This document shows positions 1-12,337 of a stretch of DNA of 64,000 nucleotides, in pieces; positions within the stretch are counted from its first letter, which is position 1, and each line of letters opens with the position of its first letter. Below the pieces are notes generated by a model. That model was not told the DNA's origin, made no database searches, and saw only the letters and a list, made by a program, of their open reading frames with translations. The position numbers and the translations under genes are program-made. The DNA lies in assembly GCA_904063045.1 (NCBI GenBank), contig CAJFCJ010000009.1:1096942-1160941 (forward strand), read 5' to 3'. This stretch comes from Dimorphilus gyrociliatus. Its lineage: Eukaryota; Animalia; Annelida.

Positions 1-3000
1 TCTTCAGGAATTTCCCGATGTTAACGATTACAAGTTGGAGAAATTGTTTGTCATGAGTCTTCTTTGGAGTTTCGGAGCTCTTTTAGAAAAAGATGATCGT
101 ACAAAATTGGTTCAATATTTAAGAAATCATCCTTCAGGATTTTGTATTCCTTGTGGTGACCCATTCGAATGGATGGTTTCAAAGTCTGGAAACTGGGAGC
201 ACTGGGAGACCAGGGTGCCTGAGTATCATTTTCCAACAGATTATATGCCTAATTTTTCATCTATTCTTGTTCCTAATGTTGACAACACTAGAATGGCCTA
301 TATAATAGACACAATATGTAAGCAGGGTAAAGCTGTATTACTCATTGGAGAGCAGGGTACCGCAAAGACAGTTATGGTAAAAAAGCATTTAAAGACATAC
401 AATCCTGATAAACATCTAACAAAGATTTACAATTTCTCCTCCGAAACTAAACCAATTACATTTCAAAAAACAATTGAAAGTTATCTAGACAAGAGAGTTG
501 GTTCTACCTATGGTCCACCAAATGGTAGAAAAATGACAATCTTTATAGATGATATAAATATGCCGGAAATTAATGAATGGGGCGATCAAGTTACTAACGA
601 AATAACAAGACAATTGATTGAAACAAACGGATTTTATAGTCTAAATAAGCCAGGAGATTTTAATACGCTTGTAGATTTGCAATTTATTGGCGCAATGATA
701 CATCCAGGCGGAGGTCGAAATGATATTCCTCAGAGATTAAAAAGACACTTTTCTATATTTAATTGTACTCTACCCGCCGATAAATCTATTGATAGGATTT
801 TTTCCACTATTGGCCTCGGATATTTTTCCGAAAAGAGGTCTTTCCCTCAAAGAATCATTGATCTCATACCAAAGCTAGTTGAAGCAACTAGGTGATACAA
901 CTCGACAATAAGCAAAAATTTTCGTTTGTTTTTATAACTTTCAAAGTTCCCCTTATATTCGAGTTTTATCATCTAACTTATAATCTTAATATTCAGATTA
1001 ATATGGCAAAATACTAAATCAAAAATGTTACCAACGCCAACCAATTTCCATTATGTGTTTAACTTGAGAGATTTATCGAGAGTATGGGAAGGAATGCTTA
1101 AAGCTAATTCCAATGAAATTACCGAGGAATACATGCTTCTTTCTCTTTGGAAATGCGAAGTCAGCAGAGTTTTATCGGATCGTTTTGTATCAGAATCTCA
1201 TATGAAATGGTTTAATACATGTCTTACTAAGGTGGCCACAAACTTATTAGGAGATAGACTCTTGGAGCAAATACCCAATGAGCCATATTTCGTCAATTTT
1301 ATGAGAGATCCTCCAGAGTGTGAAGATGACTTTGATGAATTTGAAGCGCAATTTTCAAGACCATACGAATTAGTTAATTCGTGGCAAGAATTGACAGAAA
1401 GGATAAAAATGTTTATGTCTAATATGAATGAACAAATAAGAGGAGCTAACATGAATTTAGTCCTATTTAGGGATGCTGTTATCCACATAATAAAAATAAC
1501 TAGGATATTTGGTTTTGAAAATGGAAACATGTTGCTTGTTGGAGTTGGTGGCTCTGGAAAACAGTCGTTAACAAGATTAGCCTCTTTTATACAAGGATTA
1601 AAAACATTTAGAATTACCCTGACAAGAGCTTATAACATAACTAACTTCATAGAAGATTTAAAAACTCTTCATAAACTCTCAGGGAAAGATGGTAAGGGGG
1701 TGGCATTTATATTTACCGATAACGATATTAAGGAGGAATCGTTTCTTGAATTGTTAAATAATTTACTTAGTTCTGGTGAAGTATCAAATTTGTTCCAGAA
1801 GGATGAACTTGAAGAAATTACCCAAGATCTTATACCTGTAATGAAAAGAGAATTTCCAAAAAAATTGATAACTTTCGAGAATCTTTATGATTTCTTTATA
1901 TCAAGATGTAGAAAGAATCTTCATGTTATTCTTTGTTTTAGTCCGGTCGGCGAAAAATTTCGATCCAGATCACTGAAATTTCCTGGTCTTATTTCTGGCT
2001 GTACACTTAACTGGTTTCAGGAATGGCCGAAGGATGCTCTCATAGCTGTTGGCTCTCAAATTTTATCCGATTTAGAAGTTTTGGGAGATGATAAATTGAA
2101 AGATGGTCTTGTTGATGTTATCGGAACAATACATGATAGAGTGTCCTCGTCTTGCTACGAATACTTCAAAAGATTTCGTCGAAGAACCTTTACAACTCCT
2201 AAAACTTACTTGACTTTCGTAAACATGTATAAACAATATTATACAAAAAAAATGTCAGATGTTAATGATACCCAAAAAAGGATCCTAACTGGTTTAGAAA
2301 AGTTGGCCGAAGCTTCTCAGAGCGTCGACATGTTAAACAAAGAATTGGCGGAAAAGGAGATATATTTAAGAAAAGCAACAGAAATGGCAGACGACGTTCT
2401 AACTCGTGTAACGATAAACAAAAAAGAGGCGGAAATTGCCAAAACTGAAGTAATGAAATTGAAGATCAAAGCCGCGTCAATTGTAGACGAAATAAGTATT
2501 GAGAAAGCTGCCGCTGAAAGTAAATTAGAAGCGGCTAAACCAGCTTTAGAAGAAGCGGAGAATGCCTTAAAAACAATAAAAGCGCAAGATATACAAGTTG
2601 TTAAAAAATTGGGTAAACCACCTCATTTGATTATGAGAATTATGGATTGTGTTTTAATACTTTTAAGAAGGAAATTGGATAAAGTTACGTTTGATCAAGA
2701 AAGATCATGCATAAAACCATCATGGAACGAATCATTAAAAGCAATGAGTCAGTCGTCGTTTTTAAATGATTTAAAGAATTTTCCAAAGGATACAATTAAT
2801 GGGGAAATGGTTGAACTACTTTTACCTTATTTAGAAGCGGACGACTATAATATTGAGGTGGCTAGACGAATGTGCGGAGATGTTGCTGGACTTTGTTCAT
2901 GGACTAGAGCAATGAGAAATTTCTATGAAGTAAATAAGGAAGTTATACCGCTTAAGCTTAATTTAGCTGTTCAAGAAGGAAGATTTATTACGGCAAAACG

Positions 3001-6000
3001 GGAAGAAGATGCTGCTCAAGTATTACTTGACAGTAAGGAAAATGAATTAGCTGAAGTGCAGAAGATGTATAATGAAGCTGAAATGGAAAAGCGTCGTTTA
3101 ATGGACGATGCCAAAATGTGTCAGGAAAAGATAGACATGTCAAATGAGTTAATAAACGCCCTTTCTGGAGAAAAACTTCGTTGGACTGAACAAAGTAGAC
3201 ATTTTAACGCTCAAAAGCGAAATATAATAGGCGATTGCGTAATATGCATTGCTTTCATTAACTACTGCGGACCATTCAATCAAGAATATAGAAATATCTT
3301 ACTTACGTCATGGAGGGAGCAATTACAAAAGGCTAAAATACCATTTACGATTGACATCGATCTAATTAGTACTTTGGCCGATTTGGCAACGATAGGCGAA
3401 TGGAATTTACAAGGTCTACCGAATGATGAATTATCTCTTCAGGGACTTGATCGTGATTTAATACCTTTAAATTAACAGTAATTAAGTATCCAATTAGGCT
3501 CAATTAACACGATCACGTCTTTTAAAATATAGAATGGTATTATATGCTCATCTTCAGGAAGATATCCCCTCCTTATTGATCCACAAATGCAAGGAAAATT
3601 ATGGCTAAAAAATAAAGGAGCTATAAACGGTCTTCAAATAACTCATTTATCACACAGGTATTTTAGAAATCATCTTGAAGATTGTTTATCAATGGGGAGA
3701 CCTTTATTGATAGAGGATGTAGGAGAAGAATTAGATCCTATTCTTGATAATATTCTAGATAACAATATTATAAGGATAGGAAGAAACTTTAAAATATGCT
3801 TGGGAGATAAGGAAGTTGATTTCGATCCAAATTTTCGATTATACATTACAACTAAATTACCCAATCCAGTGTTTAGTCCAGAAATTTCTGCCTCAACCAC
3901 AACAATCGATTTTACAGTTACAATGACTGGATTGGAAGATCAACTCCTAGGTAGAGTTATACAACAGGAGAGAGCCGAACTAGAAAAAGAGAAAATTGCT
4001 CTTGTACAAGAAATTTCAAATAACAATAGGAGAATAAAGGAATTAGAATCTGATTTATTAGAAAAATTAACTGATAGTACTGGCTGTTTAATTGAGAATC
4101 GAGAGTTAATAGAAGTTTTAAACGTAACTAAGAAAATGGCGGGAGAAATTGAACAAAAATTAAAAGTTGCTGCAGAGACCACCATTAAGATAAACTCTGC
4201 AAGAAATGAATATAAATTAGTTGCAACTAGAGGTTCAATACTTTACTTTCTTATTTGCGATATGTCAATGTTAAATCCTATGTATCAAACATCGTTGAGA
4301 CAATTTCTTAAAATATTTGATAATTCTTTAATGAAGAGTGAAAGATCATTGGTCCAAGGGAAAAGAATTAGGTCTATAATTAATACATTAACCCAACAAG
4401 TGTATCATTTTGTTGTAACTGGATTATATGAGAAGCATAGATTTTTATTTACTTTGCTTATTACTTTAAAAATTGATTTGGGCAGAAATTATGTCAAAAG
4501 GAATGAATTTGAGATCCTAATTAAAGGAGGTGCTAATTTGGATATCAAATCTACTGAACCTAAAATAGCTAAATGGATTAGTGATCATGCTTGGTTGAAT
4601 TTAGTATCTTTGAGTAGTTTAAATACTTTTAATGATATAATTAAACATATAAAGCTAAATGAAAAAGCTTGGAAATTATGGTTTGAAAAAGATGAACCGG
4701 AGGAAGAGGAAATACCAAAAAGTTATGGAAAAGCCTTAGATTCTTTTCGCAGGTTGCTATTGATTAGGTCCTGGTGTCCTGATAGGACCATATCTCAAGC
4801 TAGAAAATATGTTGCCGATTCTCTTGGTGATATATATACTCAGCCGGTGTTACTCGATTTGGAGAGAATCTACCAGGATAGCGATCCAAAATCTCCTATG
4901 CTATGCCTATTGTCTATGGGATCAGATCCTACTGCATTAATAGAAATCTTAGCTAAATCTAAGCAAACTGAAGTTAGAACTATATCTATGGGCCAAGGTC
5001 AAGAGATATATGCAATTAAATTTTTAAAACAATTTATGATAGACGGTGGCTGGATTTTATTACAAAATTGCCATTTAAGCTTAAGTTTCATGATTGAATT
5101 GGTAGACAGATTGTTAGAAAATGAGCACATTCATCCATCTTTTAGATTATGGATGACAAGTGAAGTACACGAAAAGTTTCCTATTACACTTTTACAAATT
5201 TCTACTAGATTTACTAATGAACCACCTGAGGGAATTAGGGCTGGTCTGAAGAGAACGTATGGAAGTATTACTCAAGAAGTACTAGATATGTCGAATATGA
5301 TGCAATGGAAGCCTCTTCTCTATGCAATTTCTTTCCTTCATTCGGTTATTCAAGAAAGACGGACGTTTGGCTATCTGGGATGGAATATTCCTTATGATTT
5401 CAACCAATCAGACTGGAATGCTTGTATTCAATTTATTCAAAATCATTTGGATGATGCATATAAAATTGGTATTTCTTGGACAACAATCCGCTATATGATT
5501 AGTGAGGTTCATTATGGAGGAAGAGTGACCGATGACTACGATAAAAATCTCCTTAAAACCCTAATAAAAGTATGGTTTTCTGATGATATTTTCCATGATG
5601 ATTTTACATTTTCTCAAGGCTATAGCCTACCATTTTGTACTACTTCAGCAGAGTATTTAACATTTATTGACTCTCTTCCAAAAGTTGATCATCCTACAGC
5701 ATTTGGACTTCACTCAAATGCTGATATAACAAAACAATCCAATTTTGCTAAAGATGTCCTCGATGGAATTTTATCAATTCAACCAAAAGAATCGGTTGGT
5801 GGGGAAGATGTAGGAGAAACTAGAGAAACTGTTGTCTATCGTTTAGCGGAAGATATCCTAACAAAATTACCTATAGATTATGATTTTCAAGATATCAAAC
5901 AGAAATTAAATAGAATGGGAAACATTCAACCATTAAATATTTTCTTAAAACAAGAGATTGATAGACTTTATAAAGTTATCTCAACTATGAGAATAACATT

Positions 6001-6646
6001 AACAAATTTAAAACTAGCAATTGAGGGAACGATAATCATGTCTGATCAATTAAAAGATGCTTTTAATAGTATTTACGATGCTAAAATTCCATTACAATGG
6101 ATTAGAATATCTTGGGAATCTTCCACTCTCGGATTTTGGTTTAGTGAACTCTTAGACAGGCATGAACATTTAACATCCTGGCTTAAGTCGGGTAGACCTA
6201 ACTCATTTTGGTTGGCGGGTTTCTTCAATCCACAAGGATTTTTAACTGCTATGAGACAAGAAGTTACTAGAAGTCATAAAGGATGGTCGCTAGATTCTGT
6301 TGTCCTATCAAATGATGTAACAAAACTCCTAAAGGAAGACGTTATTCAAGGTCCTTTGGAGGGCGTTTATATATACGGCTTGTATTTAGAAGGTGCCGGG
6401 TGGGATCGAAAGAATTCAAGATTAACTGAAGCTGTCAATAAAATTCTATTCTCTCCTCTGCCAATCATACACGTCTACGCTATCCAGAAAGATAAATTCC
6501 ATTGTTCGACAGCATATTCCTGCCCTGTTTATAAGAGATCCATCAGAAATAGTGAGAATTATGTGGCTAACATGAATTTGAGAACTACTCAATCGTGTGA
6601 TCATTGGATAATGAGAGGTGTTGCCATACTGTGCGACATTAAATAG
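1..6646 (+). CDS. DNAH5: Axonemal outer-arm dynein heavy chain, DNAH5/DNAH8 type, 5'-truncated by window edge; exons <1-891, 997-3442, 3533-6646
   Basis: AAA3 [12 protein letters not shown] and [19 protein letters not shown]4 [13 protein letters not shown], stalk, RYPLLIDPQ (AAA5), LQNCHL (AAA6), C-terminal GVAILCDIK. Splicing restores EATR|[14 protein letters not shown] and LSLQ|[16 protein letters not shown]5 versus DNAH8 cannot be separated by eye. Confidence 0.93.
892..996 (+). other. 105-nt GT-AG intron with a 21-nt imperfect inverted repeat starting at the donor
   Basis: 892-912 GTGATACAACTCGACAATAAG versus 952-972 CTTATATTCGAGTTTTATCAT (17/21 Watson-Crick plus one G-U); CTAAC branch-like motif at 973-977. 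Confidence 0.85.
3443..3532 (+). other. 90-nt non-canonical GG-AG intron with internal inverted repeat
   Basis: CAG|GGACTT...ATATAG|AAT is the only junction giving the DNAH5-type Q-NGII-x5-RYPLLIDPQ spacing; in-frame stops at 3473-3475 and 3530-3532. Confidence 0.72.
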
Positions 6647-7326
6647 TTATTCAAGACAGTATAAGTTGATATTTGCTATTTAAATCATTTTGATAAAGAA
6701 ACACTTGAATAAATCAATTTTGTGTATTTTTAATAGTTTATATTTATCCATATTTCCATCATTCATATTTCATAATTGTATGTAAACATAACATCTTACA
6801 TTTAGCATGAATCATCTTCCTATCCTGTGTCTTTCTTTTTGTTTAACAGGATAAATTAGATTAGGCCTTGTAAATTATACAGTATTAATTATTATAACTT
6901 GTCAATTATCAATCAATAAGCTAAATAAGAATCGTAATTTTCATAAATAAAATAAACAAATAAGAAAAAGAGAAGAGTTAGTATAGATTCTTTAATCCCA
7001 TATTTAGGATTGTAAGTTAATCTTTGAATTATATAAACTATATATTGCCATTTTTTTTTAAATTTACAACAATATATCAACAAAAGATTTCATATTAATT
7101 TCAAAAAATGAAGTAATAACATCAATATTTAAATTCTATTCCTTCCTTTAGTTTTTCTTTTAGACGCTCTTCTATTTAAACGCTCAAGTATAATTATCAC
7201 CACATACTTCTCTAACACATTTTCGTTTTCTTCTTCACTTTTTCCTCATTTGTTTCGTGACTTATTTTTTCTGGATATTCTTCTTTGCCTATAATTCTAT
7301 TCGATTAGTTGCAATCTTCTTACGTA

Positions 7327-8305
7327 ATGAGAGGAAAAAAGTTTGTATATTATACAAGTGAAATTACTATGAAATACTCTACAAGTACAACAACTACAAA
7401 ATCGAATTTTGAATTAAATAAAAAAAGAGAAGTTGTAAAAAAGTGGTCTAATTTAAAAGAAGCTGAAAGTGAAGATAGTATGGCTAATATAGTTGTTATA
7501 GTATTATCAATATTTGGCGTATTTAGCTTTATAAGGTGTACTTACAAAGCTAATAGAACTAATTAACTAAGGATCTAAATAGATATTTTAGCTTTGTAAA
7601 TTCACTTTTATTTAAAGTTGTCTGGCTTTCTTCGCTTATAAAATGGGATGGTTCAATAATTTCTTAAGTAATACTGTTGGCGATGAAAAAAGTACTCCTA
7701 AACGACCTTCTCAACAGCAACAATCAACTCCACCTAACCAAGCTCAACCAATGAATGATCATAAACCGAGAATGTCTATTAGTAAATATGGTATTATACT
7801 AGATGAAACTGAAAAACACGAAGCGGCTACGAAACCTATTTTAAAAAAAGAATCAACTGTAGCATCCCAGGGTCGACGTAGTAACATTGACGATGATAAT
7901 AATGTACTTGCGCAAAGCGTTATGAACATTGCAAATTTATTACAAAGTCAAATGAATATGAGTAGTTTAGGGAGACAATCGCTTATGGGTATGCCTTTAC
8001 CATGTAATTTCCCCAGTCAACTCAGTCAATTTGATATGAACTCGATGAATCAGCAACAATTACTCCCTTTACAATTTTTACTTGGTCAACAACCTCAGTT
8101 TCCTCAGCAAATAACAAAAGAAAATAAATCGTTCGATAACCTTCTAGCTACAATGGGTATGGGAGGGAATACAAGTGATACACAAGACGAAGAAGACGTT
8201 TCACAAGGTGGTCGTGTCTATAAGGGCACAAGAAGAGGAGGAAAATTAAAAGTAGCTGATAAACCGAGAGTAGCAACTTACTTAAGGGAGGAAAGGGAAA
8301 GTTAG
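7327..8305 (+). CDS. Orphan single-pass membrane protein, about 298 aa; exons 7327-7535 and 7618-8305 (start uncertain)
   Basis: Phase-2 intron AG|GTGTAC...TTAAAG|T joins ORFs 7309-7566 and 7643-8305 into one hydrophobic helix IVVIVLSIFGVFSFISCLAFFAY, followed by a Q/P/M-rich tail. No family recognised. Confidence 0.7.
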
Positions 8306-9089
8306 AGAATGAAAGACATTAAATAGTATTTAATTGAGTTTGTCGTGTTTTTTTTTACGATTATTCTATAAATCAATCCAAAGTATAAAACAAAAATAAC
8401 CTATTTTGGTAGTGTTTCATGTCAAAACGTTAATTTCTTAGCCCTATTCTTCATTCGTCCTTTCTAAAAAGTAAAACTGGTTTGAATAGGCTACATTTTC
8501 TCTTTAAACAAAGGTCATACAATAATAAAATTTTTTTCAAGGTTATACATTATTTCCAGCTAGTTCCAGGAGTATTGAATAGATCCTAAAGCCGCTTTCT
8601 AATACTAAAGCTATTAATAATGTTAAGACAGAATAATTAAAAAAAACGATAGAACATTCTATTAATTCATATTGATTGATAATTCAGCAGCACTGGGTGA
8701 CAAAATTATGGACTATGTAAACGCTGTCATAAACTTTCAAACAACTATTAAATAATTTAAATTACGTTCAAAGCGCGATGATGTGTCACAAAAATACAAA
8801 AATATCATTAAATATTCAATTTTCAAGGATAGTGCCTGTCACCAGAACGGAAAATAAAGTCCAGCATTAGCAAAATTATTTCATACGAAACCAGTAAATA
8901 AAATTACCTGGCGAATGGCACGATTAAGAAAAAACATATTTATTTATAGATATTGAAATAGATTACAGATATCTTATTTTTCATGTTTAAGATATGTTCA
9001 AATGATTAAATTCACTAACTAATGTATAACTCTATATATTAAAATATATTCGTTGGCTATAGATTAGCAGTTGGTCCGATCTACTTAAT

Positions 9090-10289
9090 CTAAATATTTG
9101 ATCGATTGTCCCATAAACAATTTTGATCCACTTCATCTATCGAATTATAGCCACACATCGCCATATTTGTTTCAAGGTCACTTTTTAATAGCGAAAACAC
9201 ACTATTTAATCCTTCGCTTCCCTGTAAAAATATAATTATTTATATTCAATCTTTAATTGTAGTGAAAGAAAGAATCTTACATTTACAACTAATGCACTGA
9301 TGACTGGCTTAGCTATAAATACCATTTTAGCTCCAAGAGCTAAAAATTTTAAGATATCACCTCCAGTTCTTATTCCACCGTCGGCGAATAAAAGAATTCC
9401 TGATGCTTTAACAATTGGAGCAATAGATCTAAAAGCATCAATTGTAGCTGGGTAATCGGAACTATTTCTTCCTCCATGATTAGATACCCAAATACCAGCA
9501 ACACCAGTTTTAATAGCTTCTCTTGCGTTTTTTGGTGAGAGAATACCTTTAACAATGATGGGTAAAGTTGTATACGTCATTATTCTTTTAACAGATTCCC
9601 ATGTATAAGAATCATTTGTCCACTTATTAACTGAGTTGGCTGCTTTTGCATAATCGCAAAAACCCTCAGGCATATTAGGCAAGTAAACAGTACTTCGAAA
9701 TTCTTCGTTTAGAGTGGGTCTGTCAGGACTGAACGAATTGTGATCTAGTGTTAAAACAAAACCGTTCACTCCTTCGCGTTCAATGCCCTCGATGTAGCTC
9801 CTTGTGATAAATTCTTCTGACAGCATATTGATTTGCATAAAAATCAATGTATTTGGAGCAGTTTTTCTTATGTCTCTCAAGGGTTGAGTACTATACTGAC
9901 TTACGACATATAATACTTTTGAATATTCAGCAGCCCTTGCTGTAGCCAATTCTCCATCTTTATTTGTTAGGGAATGTAAAGCGCAAGGTCCTATGCCAAC
10001 TGGCATGGAGAGTTCTTTACCCAAAAGAGTTATTTGGGTGGATCGTTTACTAACGTCAACACAAATATTTGGACATAAGAACACTCTAGAATACAAACAA
10101 AAATATAATTTGTATAAAAAATGATAACAAAGATAAGTTAATTGTATACTTCTGCAATGCTTCTTCATTTCTTTTCAATCCTGCTGAAGAGTTTGGTCCC
10201 TTATAAAAATAACTGTTAGTTAAATCATCTAACTTTTCTTTTGCCGCCTCCTCATATTGTTTAAGACTTGTAAAAGTTTTATCACTCAT
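9090..10289 (-). CDS. FMN-dependent alpha-hydroxy acid oxidase (HAO family), divergent, about 358 aa; exons 10289-10150, 10085-9281, 9221-9090
   Basis: YEEAAKEKL, STQITLLG..SMPVGIGP, LPIIVKGILS, VSNHGGR, DGGIRTGGDILKFLALGA; last exon GSEGLNSVFSLLKSDLETNMAMCG recovered by hand; GT-AG introns in consistent phase. Confidence 0.9.
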
Positions 10290-10772
10290 TTTTAAAATAC
10301 TCTGTATCTTCAACTGTTATTAATTAAGCGTAATTAGTACAAAATCCATAAGTATACATTCTATATACTATACTAAAATAAGAGTAAAATCAGTACCTGA
10401 TAGAGAACAGTAAGTAAATTTACAGTTAACGATTTCTGTGTATATATATATAACAACTTTATAATAATAAGTGATTGTTATCAGCCATTGTTGACACGTG
10501 GAATGTTCCAGCATTTCAAATAAAATTGCTTACTTTCTAACCCCATCTATTGAGGACTTCCTAGGTTCAACGAGCAGTGAACTAAACGGGGGCATGGAAA
10601 CAATAGTCTGGCAATTTGCCAGTATCCGTAAAAAGAAGATGACATCATTCTGACAAAATGTGTATAGGCCCATATTTTATTTTTAACACTCAAATTATAC
10701 AAAACAGCTATAAAGTATACAGCTATATCATAAGTTTTATTATAGAGAATTTAGATTGTCATAGTTGTCTGT

Positions 10773-12337
10773 TTAAGTTGGTCTAGCCATACGCATTAAC
10801 TTTTGACGCCACATTCGTTTAGCTTGATTGAACCAATCGGAAGATAGATGTAATATTTTCACTAATCTATCCCTAATCTCTATAATTTCGGTAGCAGTTG
10901 GATTTGTTGTTAAACCATCTATAGAAAAAATTACAATAACATATTATTATTTTATCGTGTTAAGTAATTTAAAATTTAATAAAGTCTATTATTAAAATAG
11001 TTCCAACCTATAAAAGGTTCAAATATGGGCCATTCTTGAAATACAATCTTTTCATTCTCTGATTCCGAAGAAATACAATTATCATTTAGTCTAACATTTT
11101 GAGCGAATTGAACATGCATCAAACGGTTTAATGCATGCCTCACTAAGCTTTTTATATCAGGAGCTCTGATAAGAGAAAAGTAAAACTTCTGGAAAAGAGA
11201 AAGAGTAATAAAGTATTAATTATAAATATTATATCGTCCTTATAAAAGTATAAATTATTCATACTAATGAATTCCTCATAGTTTCATCGTTTTTAACAAT
11301 AGTATTCACTTCCCGAAAGTGTTGTAGATTCGTTATTGGAAGATTTAACGTTTGAAGTATTGTTTCAAGTTCGACAATTTTCTTTTCTTCGGTTTTTTTA
11401 AGCATCTTTGTCAAACTAGAGAAGAATCCTCTACGATTCTTTTTCTCATCCGAAAGACTTTTATCAAGATCTACCATTCCAGCTACGTAGTTTCAAACGA
11501 TAATATACTTAAAATTTAGTACTTTTTATTGTTTTTTACATGTAGATTTATATATTAAAAATGTATAAAATAATAAGTTTACTGCGAATTTCTCCTCTTT
11601 CAGTTTTACATAACTTCTGCAATTGTAAACTCTGTTGATGTAGGTGTTTTATAGTTTGTAATATGTAGAGTAGCTTTTCGAGAACATAATAATCAAGTTC
11701 GCTATCAGATAATAAGTTATTTTCGAAAGTTACTGTCTCTTTCTTCTTATTATCTTTTGTAGAAAGTTTTCCTAATTGATTTGAGGAAGTTAGTGACTAA
11801 AAAGTCTGTCTTCTTTGTTTATAAAATAAACTTACCTTCCGGTTCCTTTCTAGATGATTCTTCAAATAGTTCCTTAACTATTTCATTGTTAGTTTCTAGT
11901 AATTTCTTCTTTCTACATATTTCTAAATTAGATAATTAATTTATTAATTAAATGTCTTGTTCATTTGTATTATTTTAATACAAACCTTCACTTTCCGAAG
12001 CTTTCCTCTTCGTAAGACGATTTCGATTATTATTAACTTTATTGTTGGCTTTTTGTTTCCTTGTAACATACTTTTTTGCCTCTTCATAACTATCAATGTT
12101 AATACTATTCAATACGTTATATTTATATTTAACCCAATTAAATTTCGTTCGATCATCATTCGGGGCTATCCTCGTTCGAATTATCGTTTCTAATTCTTTA
12201 TTATCCGATGTATCAATATACCAAAAAGTATTTTCATCCTGATTAATCCAACTGGATGGAATTATTAAATATTGAGAATCATTCCTATCATTTGTTAAAG
12301 CAACAGAATATGAATCTAAACGAAGAATATCGTCCAT
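10773..12337 (-). CDS. DUF4806/BEN-like protein, about 390 aa; exons 12337-11986, 11922-11836, 11771-11583, 11482-11265, 11188-11008, 10918-10773
   Basis: Five GT-AG introns keep one open frame. N-terminal IIPSSW segment and C-terminal IKSLVRHALNRLM...K.VFQEWPIF...SDWFNQAKR resemble DUF4806-type proteins from memory, not from a search. Confidence 0.65.

Noticed and set aside
1198-4185. Minus-strand ORFs 1198-1530, 3670-3900, 3940-4185 and similar ones opposite GALNS, VPS13D, CCDC39 and CPT1
   Set aside because: Antisense shadows of real coding exons; no motifs or splice support.
6807-6854. Signal-peptide-like mini-ORF MNHLPILCLSFCLTG with a possible third AG|GA donor at 6850
   Set aside because: The same bases read equally well as a polypyrimidine tract plus CAG acceptor, and I could not connect it in frame to the exon at 7309.
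892-7617. A single Introner or MITE family behind the stem introns
   Set aside because: The arms share no sequence between introns and I found no consistent target-site duplication.
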